Notes: generated by a model not told the origin, from the sequence alone. A DNA stretch of 63,691 bases, filler included, from Octopus bimaculoides (GCF_001194135.2; 7 parts of 6 records of this genome joined end to end with filler, not necessarily neighbours in it), one strand, 5' to 3'. Numbered from the whole stretch's first letter, positions 24,548-38,340 are shown. Numbers and translations: made by a program.

Positions 24548-25049
24548 TCTCGACACCAATTTACGATTAATTTTCCTTGTCTTGCAAACAATAAGTCTTT
24601 CTATATATGATAAAGCAATCGAATCCTGCGATAGCAATGATGCTTGAAAATTTCGTTTTCCTGTACTCTGTGAATCTTCGTTGGGTTTACAGCTTAGTAT
24701 CTATATTTCTAATCAAACCTTTTCAATAATTGGTCTCATTAACATGATATGAGGAAACTCTCTCCATCGACATTGTACATCTATCGCACCAACTAGTTAA
24801 ATTGAAACATTTTTGAGTAGACTGAAACGATAGATAATGGAATACTAAATATTATCTATTATTTTATGTCTTTCCTATGACCCGCAGCGTGATCTTATTT
24901 TGCAAGATACTTATAACTCTAAACTACAATCAATAGTTTTAAATAAGGTTTTTATTGCTTGCGGATGTAGAGGTTTACGCATGACAATATGAATTAATAC
25001 TGTTCTTGTCTACTGATGATTGATAGTCTAATGAGAAAACTAAGCTTAT

Positions 25050-25700
25050 TCGCATAATTGAACATAATCACAAAATTTGATAAAACACTCAGGGGTTACT
25101 GTGCCTCAACTGTTGGAGATATTCACCCAAGATAAACTGTGTCATTTCAGTGCTGCATCCTTGGAAATAGTTCGTAATAAACAGGAGACAGCAGGTGTTG
25201 CAATACTATTGCTGGATATCGTTTCAACGTATCTTCAGCATCGTAGTCATACATCAACAGTTCTAACGTAAATTTTCAGTATATGTTTGTTGTAGAATAC
25301 TTCATAGTGCTTAGCTTAGTTGAATCGTAACTGCTCATCATTATCAATATGATTCATAATATTTTTTACTCCCGTGTAGCTGTATTTGATAAGAAACTTC
25401 CTTCTAGGATGTATTGTGAAAAACCTTTACCACAATGTTTGGTGAGTTTCCTCCTCAGTTCCAATAGCTTACTGAGAAGTAATTTGAATACAGTTACAGT
25501 TCGATGACGTTAATTTTTCATAGTAGTGCTCCAGTCAAGCAGTTATCTGTTTATTGCAGTTAAGTAGCTTATTAATATTGTCATTGATAGTGAGTAGTTT
25601 CTGTTCATTGACTAATGTAAGATCACACTTCGGGGGACCTGTCAGGTTGAACTTGGGGTTTGTTAAAAGGCTTTCATCGTGGATGATGTTTCGTCTACAA
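25050..25700 (-). mobile_element. Possible highly decayed Penelope-like element
   Basis: Minus-strand fragments in PLE order: KPFNKP, INDNINKLL..HYYEKLTSS, IKYSYTGVKNIMNHI, PVYYEL..TVYLG; many stops. Confidence 0.4.
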
Positions 25701-25994
25701 TCAGAAATACTCGAGCGTATCTATAATCAAAGACATTCCCAACGTGACACTAACCTCTCTTTTCAAATCTATCACTACATTATATATTGTATTCTTTCAT
25801 TTATGACACCTTGAGTGTGTGAAAAGAGATATTTTCCTATTATATATAACTGGCTTAGTTTTTTACCGCGAGTTGTGAAAAATCTCCGATATTTGGTATT
25901 TGTTTAGTGTCAAAGCAAGCACATGTATCCAATGATACACAATTAGTTATATAAAACACATACACGGACACAAGCAGACACACAAGTACATTGA

Positions 25995-26352
25995 TGCTGG
26001 CACTCAGTCGCTTACGACGTCGAGGGTTCCAGTTGATCCGATCAACAGAACAGCCTGCTGAGCACTCCACAGACACGTGTACCATTAACGTAGTTCCCGG
26101 GGATATTCAGCGTGACACAGTGTGACACAGTGTGACAAGGCTGACCCTTTGAATTACAGGCACAACAGAAACAGGAAGTAAGCGTGAGAGAAAGTTGTGG
26201 TGAAAGAGAACAGCAGCGTTCGCCATCATCCTCTGCCGAAGCCTCGTGGTGCTGTAGATGTTTTCGCTCAATAAACACTCGCAACGCCCGGTCTGGGAAT
26301 CGAAACCGCGATCCTATGACCGCGAGTCCGCTGCCCTCACCACTGGGACATT
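25995..26352 (-). mobile_element. Full-length tRNA-derived SINE, family B
   Basis: Head GGAGGTGCAATGTCCCAGTGGTGAGGGCAGCGGACTCGCGG...GGTTTCGATTCCC with A/B boxes; body collinear with 62442-62740. Confidence 0.85.
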
Positions 26353-26381
26353 GCACCTCCACACAAGTACATTACATGTGA

Positions 26382-26422
<41 letters not shown>

Positions 26423-27364
26423 TCATGTGGATTTCTGCCATAGCCACATCATTCTATGAACCCATGTATTACTATATGCGCTATGCGCGCGCACACACAC
26501 GCGTATATGCGTGTGTATTGTTAGTAAATTATAACTTATAATGTGACGTAAACAGGAATACAGTTTTCATGCTGCACTGTAAGAGTGAAGACCATTGTTA
26601 AAATGAGGGACGCTATAGTTATTAGCCAAAACTGAAACTATGACAAATTGGCTAGACCCTGGCAAACGTTATACATAGAGATAATTTACACCCCACCAGT
26701 TTTTTTGTGACTGTTTTGTTCAATTGGATTCTGGAAGCTATGATTACCTGTTTAGTTCCTACAATTTGTGCTTTGTGTAAGGCATTTATGGAATCATTCT
26801 ATCCTCCAGAACTTGTTGCTTATCAGTTTTAAAATAATTTCTGTGTCACATCTGGATCCAAGTATTCTACATTCCAAGGTTCGATATACAAGGTGCGAAA
26901 CCCAAGGTTGAACACTGAATTCATAGAAAGATTTTATGAAGTCAAGGTTCAAAATCCACTGTCGAAATCCGAGGTCCGAAAACCGAATTTGTACAAAATT
27001 GGAAATCCGGATTTTATGAAATCCAAAATATTTGGAATGCTATTTTTGATAAACCAAATTTATGGGAGGTCAATTTTGGGGAAACCAAAAACCGAGATAT
27101 GGAGTCTAAACTTCTGGACTGCGTATATATGTTACTCTTGTAACTTTTGACTGTATGTCAGGTGTTGCATTTGCTGTTTGTTTGTGTAAACATTTGTTTG
27201 TATGTAAGCTGTTTTTATACTGACTATTAATAATATTTTACAAAAATTCACGGCGTGGTGTTGTTCTATATTCACCCTATCCACGTTTATTCTGTGAATT
27301 CGGGTTATGGCCACCAGGTCGTAACAATATATATATATATATATATACTTTTTACTCATTTACC

Positions 27365-27625
27365 GTTGTTTTGGTATCACCAGTACTACATTATCCCCCT
27401 TTCTTCATAACTCTTCTGTCCAACTACTGTTATCCAACCAGTCAGCATGAGTGACCGCTAAATCCACAATATTTTGTTACTCTCTCTCTCTGTTTATTAC
27501 CTCGTTGAATTGCGTAGGCTCGAAACTTAAAAGATTTTCTCACTTTCCCGAGAGTCAAACAGATAAACCTACATGTTGTTTATACCCTTGTCTTCGTCTT
27601 TTGTTTTCCTGTAAACTTCAAATAT
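27365..27625 (+). mobile_element. Family P2 repeat, copy 3 (HHR-like motif decayed at about 27500-27535)
   Basis: TTGGTATCACCAGTACTAC..; GCGTAGGCTCGAAACTTAAAAGA; TGTCTTCGTCTTTTGTTTT align with reverse complement of 4095-4395. Confidence 0.65.
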
Positions 27626-28494
27626 ATATATATATGCGCATATGTAGGTATATATACAGGCACGTATGTATAGGTGAGCATGTATGAACATATGTATATG
27701 TGAAGGTTTCTGTATGGGTGTGTGTGTGTATGTGTATGGGTGAATATGGGTGTATGGGTATATGGACGTAAGTGTNNNNNNNNNNNNNNNNNNNNNNNNN
27801 NNNNNNNNNNNNNNNNNNNNNNNNNNNNNNNNNNNNNNNNNNNNNNNNNNNNNNNNNNNNNNNNNNNNNNNNNNNNNNNNNNNNNNNNNNNNNNNNNNNN
27901 NNNNNNNNNNNNNNNNNNNNNNNNNNNNNNNNNNNNNNNNNNNNNNNNNNNNNNNNNNNNNNNNNNNNNNNNNNNNNNNNNNNNNNNNNNNNNNNNNNNN
28001 NNNNNNNNNNNNNNNNNNNNNNNNNNNNNNNNNNNNNNNNNNNNNNNNNNNNNNNNNNNNNNNNNNNNNNNNNNNNNNNNNNNNNNNNNNNNNNNNNNNN
28101 NNNNNNNNNNNNNNNNNNNNNNNNNNNNNNNNNNNNNNNNNNNNNNNNNNNNNNNNNNNNNNNNNNNNNNNNNNNNNNNNNNNNNNNNNNNNNNNNNNNN
28201 NNNNNNNNNNNNNNNNNNNNNNNNNNNNNNNNNNNNNNNNNNNNNNNNNNNNNNNNNNNNNNNNNNNNNNNNNNNNNNNNNNNNNNNNNNNNNNNNNNNN
28301 NNNNNNNNNNNNNNNNNNNNNNNNNNNNNNNNNNNNNNNNNNNNNNNNNNNNNNNNNNNNNNNNNNNNNNNNNNNNNNNNNNNNNNNNNNNNNNNNNNNN
28401 NNNNNNNNNNNNNNNNNNNNNNNNNNGTGATGCTAAAGGTTGAGGACAAGGAGTTATTTGAATATAGGGAGATAAGTATAGTGAATATTTATAT

Positions 28495-29290
28495 ATGTGT
28501 GTGCTAGCGCGCACACACATTTGTACAAACACGTGCGTTTGCGCATATGCACATACACAAATGCGTACACTTACGTCCATATACCCATACACCCATATTC
28601 ACCCATACACATACACACACACACCCATACAGAAACCTTCACATATACATATGTTCATACATGCTCACCTATACATACGTGCCTGTATATATACCTACAT
28701 TCCTGTATATATACAACACGTACACACATACATACGCATACATACACGTACACACACAAACATACATGTATATATGTATATATATATATATACCTACATA
28801 TGCGCATATATATATATATATACATATATACATACACATACGCACCTGCACCCATACACACACACACACGCCCCATGCTCGTACATGTGTACACACATAC
28901 ATATACATATATACATACACTTATGTGTACATACCCATTCACACATATACACTCAAACACATACACACACACCCATACCGAAACCTTTACATATACATAT
29001 GCCCACACACGCGCACCTTTACTTGCCTGCCTGTTTATATACATACATTCCTGTATATATACAAACGTGCAAACACCCACACACGAACGCATACATATGC
29101 ACGCATGCACATACACACACGCACACCTATTTGTACGTATTTACACACTTGTATGTATGTATAAATATACACACATATACCTACTCACACACACACATGC
29201 ACACTTTCACACGCCTGCAGACGTCCACCCTCCCACACACTCACAAACACACGTATGCATATATGTACCCAAATACACACACGTGTTTTG
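28495..29290. repeat. Complex CA/TA-rich satellite with internal longer repeats
   Basis: CACCCATAC.GAAACCTT.ACATATACATAT recurs at about 28620 and 28970. Confidence 0.8.
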
Positions 29291-29699
29291 TTTATGATTA
29301 TAAAAAAAAATTATTAAGATTAATAACATACTGATTTGAAGCGAAGAGCATAAACATGGTAAAAGAAATACCATTACCATGGTATATACTAATATACTTA
29401 TGTTAGCGCTAATCAGTGTAAAATCGAAGTACAGGGTGTTCGCTGATAAATAATGATAATTACAATATACATGCTAATAAGGAGAAGGTCAGATTTAAGG
29501 CAAAGCAGCTGGTGATACAAGGTAGCGTTAGCTGTAATTACTGGGAAGGAAAACATTCATCAACTATAGAAGGGGGAAAGGCAAGTTGTGGTGGATGAAG
29601 AAGTGGAAATTATTCATAGGATATTAGTAAAAAAAAATAATGATAATAACTATAATAAAAATACTGCTTGAAACCTAACCTAGTAGGAATGATGGAGCT

Positions 29700-29930
29700 A
29701 ACCGTAATAAAAGAAGGTATGTTTCTTGAAGTGCTGACAGCGGTACGCCCTCTGAGTGATTTGGTTAACTAGGCGATTCTTGGAGAACAGGATATAAAAT
29801 AACTCCAAGTTACAAAGAGGGCAGAATTCCCTCCCCTTGTCATAGGGGACTGAGGTGGCCAGTATGGACCGTTCCATATCCCTGGTAACTATTAACGTAT
29901 TCAAATTATCGAAAGGTTTAATAACTGAGA
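29700..29930 (-). mobile_element. Penelope-like element 3' fragment (GIY-YIG C-terminus)
   Basis: RSILATSVPYDKGREFCPLCNLELFYIL...NQ..QRAYRCQHFKK resembles the PLE consensus WSIL.A.PY....C.LC..E...I....N.R.E..S.CRH..K. Confidence 0.7.
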
Positions 29931-29999
29931 TAATTTTAATATATACATAAACTAATATATATATGTATATGCATATATATGAATATATGTATATGCTTG

Positions 30000-30036
<37 letters not shown>

Positions 30037-30661
30037 NNNNNNNNNNNNNNNNNNNNNNNNNNNNNNNNNNNNNNNNNNNNNNNNNNNNNNNNNNNNNNNN
30101 NNNNNNNNNNNNNNNNNNNNNNNNNNNNNNNNNNNNNNNNNNNNNNNNNNNNNNNNNNNNNNNNNNNNNNNNNNNNNNNNNNNNNNNNNNNNNNNNNNNN
30201 NNNNNNNNNNNNNNNNNNNNNNNNNNNNNNNNNNNNNNNNNNNNNNNNNNNNNNNNNNNNNNNNNNNNNNNNNNNNNNNNNNNNNNNNNNNNNNNNNNNN
30301 NNNNNNNNNNNNNNNNNNNNNNNNNNNNNNNNNNNNNNNNNNNNNNNNNNNNNNNNNNNNNNNNNNNNNNNNNNNNNNNNNNNNNNNNNNNNNNNNNNNN
30401 NNNNNNNNNNNNNNNNNNNNNNNNNNNNNNNNNNNNNNNNNNNNNNNNNNNNNNNNNNNNNNNNNNNNNNNNNNNNNNNNNNNNNNNNNNNNNNNNNNNN
30501 NNNNNNNNNNNNNNNNNNNNNNNNNNNNNNNNNNNNNNNNNNNNNNNNNNNNNNNNNNNNNNNNNNNNNNNNNNNNNNNNNNNNNNNNNNNNNNNNNNNN
30601 NNNNNNNNNNNNNNNNNNNNNNNNNNNNNNNNNNNNNNNNNNNNNNNNNNNNNNNNNNNNN

Positions 30662-30697
<36 letters not shown>

Positions 30698-31895
30698 ATG
30701 ATATATAGATTATATTGAAGGGATATGCTGAATGTTTAGTGGACTTGATTACGCTTCTTACCATTAATTCTTAGATTTTCGTACTCAGTAATTTCTTTAT
30801 GCATAACTTTAATGCACTCATTTATTAAACCTGCCTATATGACTTCAAAGTAAAATCTGCATTAGATCTCCTAACGAAATCAAAGCTATATTTTATTTCC
30901 TCAAATTTTCTTGCGTGTTCCCGGTAAGTAAATTTCATATAGATTGTTCTGAAACGTTTTTAGCAAATGAGACCATCAGGTTGTAATGTAAAAATATATA
31001 GATTTTAATTCAATTTAATTTAAAGGCAGATCAAAAGAGAATCCAAGCAATCAATATAATTCTCTAAAAAATTATTCATGTTTCTTGCATGAATATAACA
31101 TGTAAAAGTATTTAGATGTAGATTCTTTTGAGAAGTTAAGCTCTAAGAAAAGGTATATCCTTGTTGATTTTAAGCTATACAAGGTGGAATCGCAAGGACA
31201 GAAGAGCAATCTTTTTAAAGAACGTCCAGCCTATCTTTAGTATCATAAACGAGGATTCCATTATCATTTCGCTCTGCGGATTGTTAGCATCATTCTTGAG
31301 GTTTCTTTTGTCCTCTATCAAGCCAGTTTTTTAGTGGGAATTATACTAAAATGTACATATACAAGATAAAGTACACACGGACGCAAAACAGCACTTCTTC
31401 ATTTCTCTTAAACCTGTGTTACTCACATACTGCATCCATGAGATTTACAGAAGCATTATATTTACTAAAAGGCTTCCGCAAATTTCTCACGAGTAGAAAA
31501 AACAATCAAAAAATCAGATTTAACCTTATTAGCTGAAATACGACTAAAGTAAGTCATAAACATGTTCCAAGTGCATTTGGATGTTCAACCAGAATGGAAC
31601 ATCAGGGAACAAATTTTTTTCAGGGTTCCAAGTAACTATCATGGTAAAAAGTACTAAGGAACTAATCTTATGAACTTGTGTTTATCGTAATTTCTCAGAC
31701 ATTTCCTATAAATTTCATAACAACTAAGCATAGAAGTACCTTAACAATTATACTGGAAGCATTCTAGCCTATGATGATCTACGTAGGTCTCTAAATATAC
31801 CATTAGTAATAGTAAATGCATTTCTACACACAAGATACACAATATCAGTATGCATCTCTCTCTCTCTCTTTCTCTTTCTCTCACACACACGGAAA

Positions 31896-31927
<32 letters not shown>

Positions 31928-32139
31928 NNNNNNNNNNNNNNNNNNNNNNNNNNNNNNNNNNNNNNNNNNNNNNNNNNNNNNNNNNNNNNNNNNNNNNNNN
32001 NNNNNNNNNNNNNNNNNNNTATATATATTAACAGTAAAATCCGTCGTTGATCGGGTAATTACTTTTACTGTAAATCGGGAGCCACATTGAAAGTATTATT
32101 ATATGTAGAATTTACTTCTCCTGTACGTGTGTAATTTTA

Positions 32140-33600
32140 GAAGAGAAAACCATGTAATAATTGAAGTAGAAGAAAGATCAATACAACACATGAACTCGTG
32201 TTTGCTTATGATACGACAATAAGTTAGTTGTATGTGGTTTTTTTATTTATTTATACAGTAATGGAAATTATATAATATTTTTATAAGAGAACATGTAATA
32301 AAAGATGACTGTTCTGTTTCTTTATTTCATGCTTATAATAAGTGAGATGTATGTGTTATTTTATTTTACAATACAGTAATGACAATTACATAATGCAGTT
32401 CATTGAAATAGATAATTTAGTCATTCTTGAATGTAATGATAGTAATGGTATATAGAGTTATTGAAGTATTCATCTTGCATAAGAATGAATATTTCTTTAT
32501 GGAAAATGTTCTCTGTTTTATTTTGGAGTGCATGAGCCTTTAGAACAAACTTTGAGAATGTTTGGGTCAGTTAAATTTATGCAAAATTAATCTTGTGCCA
32601 TTGCATAATTTTGGTTGAGACAAAATATGTGTTAGCATAAAAGGAGTTCCTTTATTCAACTGAAGACAATGATAAGCTGTACCTGGTGGTTGTAGTGAGT
32701 TAAACAATTTGATGTGGTAGTTGATACTATCCCGATCATCAACAGCACTGTCAATTGAGTTATATAAGTGAAGGCTTCTGGAAGTTTATTCAATAGCATG
32801 TTATTAAGAGTATGTAGAAGAACAATTTTTGTAGCCAGGATAGGCCTGTCACCGATGTAATCTGTGGTAATTGTGAAGAGGATTAAGGAAGGTTTCATAC
32901 ATCAAATCATCGACGGAATCAATTGAATTATATATTGCATTAAGTGTAAGTAACTCTTCTTCATCAATTGGAACTCTACCTTCACCATGTTTCAAAAGCT
33001 GCTCTGCAAATAGTTCAGCTGACTGATCTCTTGTAAGTATCGATCTCATATAATAATTGAAGTAGAAAAGAAATGAACTTCATACATGAACTTATGTTTG
33101 TTTATCATATGACAATAGCAAGTTTTAGTTTTTTATTATATTTATCAATACAGTAATGGCAATTATATAATGCAGTTCATTGAAATAGATAATTTAGTCA
33201 TTCTTGAATGTAATGATAGTAATAAGAAATTAAGATATGGAAGTATTCAAATTGCACTAAGGGTGAATATTTCTTTATAAACAATGTGTTTGTTTTATTT
33301 CGGAGTGCATAAGCAATAAGATTTGCTTTTGATCCAACAGGTGATGCTCCTACATAAAGTTGGCCATGTGAAAAGCAATCCAGCAACATTTTGTATCTGG
33401 CACTGAATTTTATAAATGCCCAATGCAACAGAAACTCGGATAGGAAACTGTAACCGTTTAAATTGGAATGGGACATTAGATTGTATAACTCGTATGCAAG
33501 GAATGGAGACAGTATTACCTTTACCACAACCAGTGAGAATATTTACCTCGATGTAGTTCCTTATAAGTTTGTACCAATGCATAATTTTGGTTGAGATAAA
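32140..33600 (-). mobile_element. Tandem truncated Helitron PIF1-helicase fragments with repeated 3' segment
   Basis: ILTGCGKG..FQFKRLQFPIR, CFSHGQLYVGAS (33290-33600); FAEQLLKHGEG, DRPILATK, QPKLCNGTRL (32560-33050); ACAGTAATG.CAATTA.ATAATGCAGTTCATTGAAATAGATAATTTAGTCATTCTTGAATG repeated at about 32375 and 33152. Confidence 0.85.
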
Positions 33601-33968
33601 TTGCTCAATAGCATAGACGAGGGAAAGAGAGAGAGAGAGAAAGAAAGAAAGACAAAGATTGAAAGAAGGAAGAGAGAAAGAAAGATGTATAGAGAAAGGG
33701 AGAAAGGAAGAGAGAAGCATAAAGAAAGAGAAAGAAAGAGAGGGAAAATAGACAGAAGAAGAAGAAAGAAAACCGTAGAGATGGCGTCAGGATTTAGTTG
33801 GAAGAGACAGAATCTCTTTCAAGTAGCATGGAAGAGAAACACACAAGCAGTTAGACACGGAATATAACGCAGGAGAGAGAATAGAGGAGGCATAGGAAGA
33901 AAATCATAGAGATGGTGTGTGGTTGTAGTTTCACTATCTGGGACAAACAAACAGATGGAATCTCTGTT

Positions 33969-34032
<64 letters not shown>

Positions 34033-34480
34033 NNNNNNNNNNNNNNNNNNNNNNNNNNNNNNNNNNNNNNNNNNNNNNNNNNNNNNNNNNNNNNNNNNNN
34101 NNNNNNNNNNNNNNNNNNNNNNNNNNNNNNNNNNNNNNNNNNNNNNNNNNNNNNNNNNNNNNNNNNNNNNNNNNNNNNNNNNNNNNNNNNNNNNNNNNNN
34201 NNNNNNNNNNNNNNNNNNNNNNNNNNNNNNNNNNNNNNNNNNNNNNNNNNNNNNNNNNNNNNNNNNNNNNNNNNNNNNNNNNNNNNNNNNNNNNNNNNNN
34301 NNNNNNNNNNNNNNNNNNNNNNNNNNNNNNNNNNNNNNNNNNNNNNNNNNNNNNNNNNNNNNNNNNNNNNNNNNNNNNNNNNNNNNNNNNNNNNNNNNNN
34401 NNNNNNNNNNNNNNNNNNNNNNNNNNNNNNNNNNNNNNNNNNNNNNNNNNNNNNNNNNNNNNNNNNNNNNNNNNNNNNNN

Positions 34481-34531
<51 letters not shown>

Positions 34532-35279
34532 ATATATATGCATAAACTTTCGCCACCCACGTTATAAGTACACTAGTGAATATGCACAAGTTTGCATATG
34601 AACGACTGTGTGTGGGGGAATGTGCGTATTTTTATGTGCATGTTAGCATGTGTATCCGTGTCTTCGCGTGCGTGCATATATATGTACATACTCACTCAAT
34701 CTATATAAATTATTTATTAAATAATCAAACCTACATAGAATTTATTGATGATTTTTGTTTCTTTTCCAGTCTCTCTGAAGTGTTTGTTCATTATTTTCGT
34801 CAACTTATCAAATCGTTTATAGTTCAAAAGCTTTAGGCGAATTCCATCAATAAATCCTGGTAGATTATATTTTCCAATTTATTTTCTCTAATATTATATT
34901 TTTTGTAATTACTAATTTATTTTGTATTTTTATACCACGTTAGTTTAATTTCATGGTGTGGTAATGAACATTTACTTACTAATCTCTTTTAGGCGTTTTC
35001 TCTTTCTTTCTCGCTGCACTGTCAGTAATACGATTAAAAATCTAATAGCTACACACTATTGGAATTACAATTTACGCTTAAGCTACGAGAAATATTACAT
35101 CAAGTAAAAATCGTTTACTTTATGTTCCGGCATTTTGCGATAAATGTTGTCAGATAGAATCTAAACATGCGCATACCGGCATGGTGTGTGTATAGGTGAG
35201 TGTATATTCATTTCGATTGAAATATAGCATTTCTTTGTCATTTTATCTATCGAATATTCTACAGAGCTTTCAAAGCATC

Positions 35280-35342
<63 letters not shown>

Positions 35343-35451
35343 NNNNNNNNNNNNNNNNNNNNNNNNNNNNNNNNNNNNNNNNNNNNTTAATTAATTAANN
35401 NNNNNNNNNNNNNNNNNNNNNNNNNNNNNNNNNNNNNNNNNNGGGGGGGGC

Positions 35452-35668
35452 AAACACAGACACACACACACACACACAGGACAAGCTTCTTTCAGTTTCC
35501 GTCTACCAAATCTACTCATATGGCTTTGGTCAGCCTGAGGCTATAGTAGAAGACACTTGCCCAAGATGCCACACGGTGGGACTGAACCGAGAACCATGTG
35601 GTGGGGAAGCAAGCTTATTACCACACAGCCACCCCTGTATTTATGTACTCAACCACACCTGTGCCTAT
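35452..35668 (-). mobile_element. Family A SINE, 5' half
   Basis: Matches 13760-13921; 3' half lost in gap. Confidence 0.85.
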
Positions 35669-35739
35669 GCATATAGCCATGTCTGCGCCTTAATTATAAA
35701 AAAATATAAAAGTTTTTAGACATGGATTGACTATGAGGG

Positions 35740-35806
35740 TCCTCTCACCTAAGTAAAATGGGAATCAAAGGGGTGTATAGGCAAAAAATGGTTGGGAACC
35801 ACTGGT
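35740..35806. mobile_element. Possible hAT/MITE end
   Basis: Ends GGTTGGGAACCACTG (reverse complement CAGTGGTTCCCAACC), typical hAT-type TIR; partner end not found. Confidence 0.35.
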
Positions 35807-36619
35807 TTAACCCATGCTAGCATGAAGAAAAAAATAAACATAAAAATAATGAAACTAAACAAAATTAAATATTATTCCTTGGTTTACAAGTTTCTACAAA
35901 AGATAATGATATATTCTGGATACAGGTAAACTATTATTACAATCTACAAAATTTTATCTTCTCTGCAGAAAATTATTTACCTGGCCAGGTGGTCATTTAT
36001 TTACATTTACGAGAAAAAGAAAATTAATTATTACCAGATATGTAAAACAAAAAGAAGACAAAAATAATTATTACCAGAAATGTAAAACAAAAAAAAAAAA
36101 AAAATTTCAAAAGAATATTTTCAAAAGAATATTTTAAACGAATAAAACTATTCCTCTATCTGAAAATTATCTGTTTTTTCTTTTTTAAGAAATAAATATT
36201 AATGTAAAAAAGCAAATTTGTGTTTGAATAGCATCAAAGTTATTAGCCGATGGAATATCTAAGCCGGCTGCTTTTAACAATGGTCAATGCAGTGTGCGTT
36301 TGGTATTGAAGAATTGGCAATGTTCCCCTCAGGGGAAATCTGATGGTTCGTATTACTGTATTGAAAACAATTGGTTGGGGCATGGTGATGGTGGCAGCAG
36401 TGGTGGTCATGTGTGTGTGTGGTGGGGGGAGAACAATGGAACGGAGAATAATTTTGTCCATATGTTTCTGAATATGATGAGATATAATGATTGTGTTGTG
36501 TTATTGATGTTTCTCAGAAATTATAGGTGAGGGCTTTGAATTAAATTAAGGTTGCTACCGTATAAATACACCTTGTCATTACCACAACGCCACCACCTGA
36601 TACCACTGACTTTCAGCAG

Positions 36620-36732
36620 CATCATCATCACCACTATCATTATCTTTGTCACCATCTCGGTTATTAACATCATCATCAGTGCCATCATCATCGCTACAAC
36701 TGCCACTGTCACTCTCCACCACCACCACCACC

Positions 36733-36766
<34 letters not shown>

Positions 36767-36925
36767 TCACCATCTCAGGTATATTATAGACATCACCATC
36801 ACCATCATCAATGTTAACACCATCATCATCATCATCATCATCACCACAACTGCTACTGTTACCTCCTACCATCCTCATCCTCATTATCAATACCATCATT
36901 ATTATCACCACCACCATCACTCCNN
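36620..36925. repeat. Compound (CAT)/(CAC) trinucleotide repeat
   Basis: Direct reading; explains poly-H/I/S ORFs. Confidence 0.95.
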
Positions 36926-37313
36926 NNNNNNNNNNNNNNNNNNNNNNNNNNNNNNNNNNNNNNNNNNNNNNNNNNNNNNNNNNNNNNNNNNNNNNNNNNN
37001 NNNNNNNNNNNNNNNNNNNNNNNNNNNNNNNNNNNNNNNNNNNNNNNNNNNNNNNNNNNNNNNNNNNNNNNNNNNNNNNNNNNNNNNNNNNNNNNNNNNN
37101 NNNNNNNNNNNNNNNNNNNNNNNNNNNNNNNNNNNNNNNNNNNNNNNNNNNNNNACGGCCACCACCACTAAATAATACATTTTCACACAAACAGAGCTGA
37201 AACAATATTGACACAACTACAACACAATCTTGAATAATAATAACAACACAACCTTCCCATCTTTTTTTCCTTGCTGAAAACCCGTAATCTATTTTATCCT
37301 CTTAATATAATCT

Positions 37314-37412
37314 GACACTCTCCACCACCCACCAGACACCCTCCACCATCCACCAGACACCCACCAGACACCCTCCACCACCCACCAGACACCCTCCACC
37401 ACCCACCAGGCA
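37314..37412. repeat. 21-bp minisatellite CCCTCCACCACCCACCAGACA x about 4
   Basis: Direct reading. Confidence 0.85.
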
Positions 37413-37719
37413 CACATATTTTTCTGTTTAAGAAACAAATGTAATATCAACACCACAATGAATTTAAGGAAAAAAAACCACACAAAATGAACCACAAAAA
37501 ATAAAAATTAAAATAAACCAACTGGCATGGTTCCTACATTTGGTCAGTAATTTTGGCTTAAAAGTTATCAAAGGCTGTAGTGCAGGTTAAAAATGGGTCA
37601 TTGTTCATAAAACAAGTTTATTACTTAAAAAATCATCAAAGTCCGATTCACTTTTGTTTCTGTTTTATCGTCTCATTAGCCAAATAACTCCTGCCATTTT
37701 TCTTGATGTCTGTTTTTTA

Positions 37720-37950
37720 TCATTTCACCATTATTCATCTAAACTTACTGCTGTGTCTCTCATTTCATTCTTCGTTGTTTACCTGATGACAATGATGTCT
37801 TATTTCATCGGTTCACCCTGTTATTCACCTAAGCTTACCATTGTGTCTCTCATTTCATTCTTCTTTCTTTACCCTTTCATCAATGTCCCATTTTATCATT
37901 TTATCATCATCTTAATCATCTAAATATTTGCCATTGTGTCTCTCCCTCGT
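37720..37950. repeat. About 100-bp diverged tandem repeat, 2-3 copies
   Basis: TGTGTCTCTCATTTCATTCTTC recurs at about 37752 and 37843; TTGTGTCTCTCC at about 37935. Confidence 0.7.
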
Positions 37951-38042
37951 TGCAGGTCATCACCCATTCCATACAATCTATAAAAGATTTCAATCTTTAA
38001 AATAGTTCTTGGGAACCATACATTCAAGTGAATAATTTCAAG

Positions 38043-38340
38043 CTTATTCTTTTGGAAGCCTAGTACTTATTCTATCGGTCTCTTTTGCCGAACCGCTAAG
38101 TTACGGGGACATAAACACACCAGCATCGGTTGTCAAGCGATGTTGGGGGGACAAACATAGACATACAAACACATACATATATATATACATATATACGACA
38201 GGCTTCTTTCAGTTTCCGTCTACCAAATCCACTCAAGGCTTTGGTCGGCCCGAGGCTATAGTAGAAGACACTTGCCCAAGATGCCATGTGGGACCATGTG
38301 GTTGGTAAGCAAGCTACTTACCACACAGCCACTCCTACAC
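38043..38340 (-). mobile_element. Family A SINE, 3'-truncated, internal head deletion
   Basis: Collinear with 13545-13921. Confidence 0.85.

Noticed and set aside
25010-25050. CTGATGA ... GAAAAC TAAGCTTA
   Set aside because: Helix II, helix I and cleavage triplet do not form.
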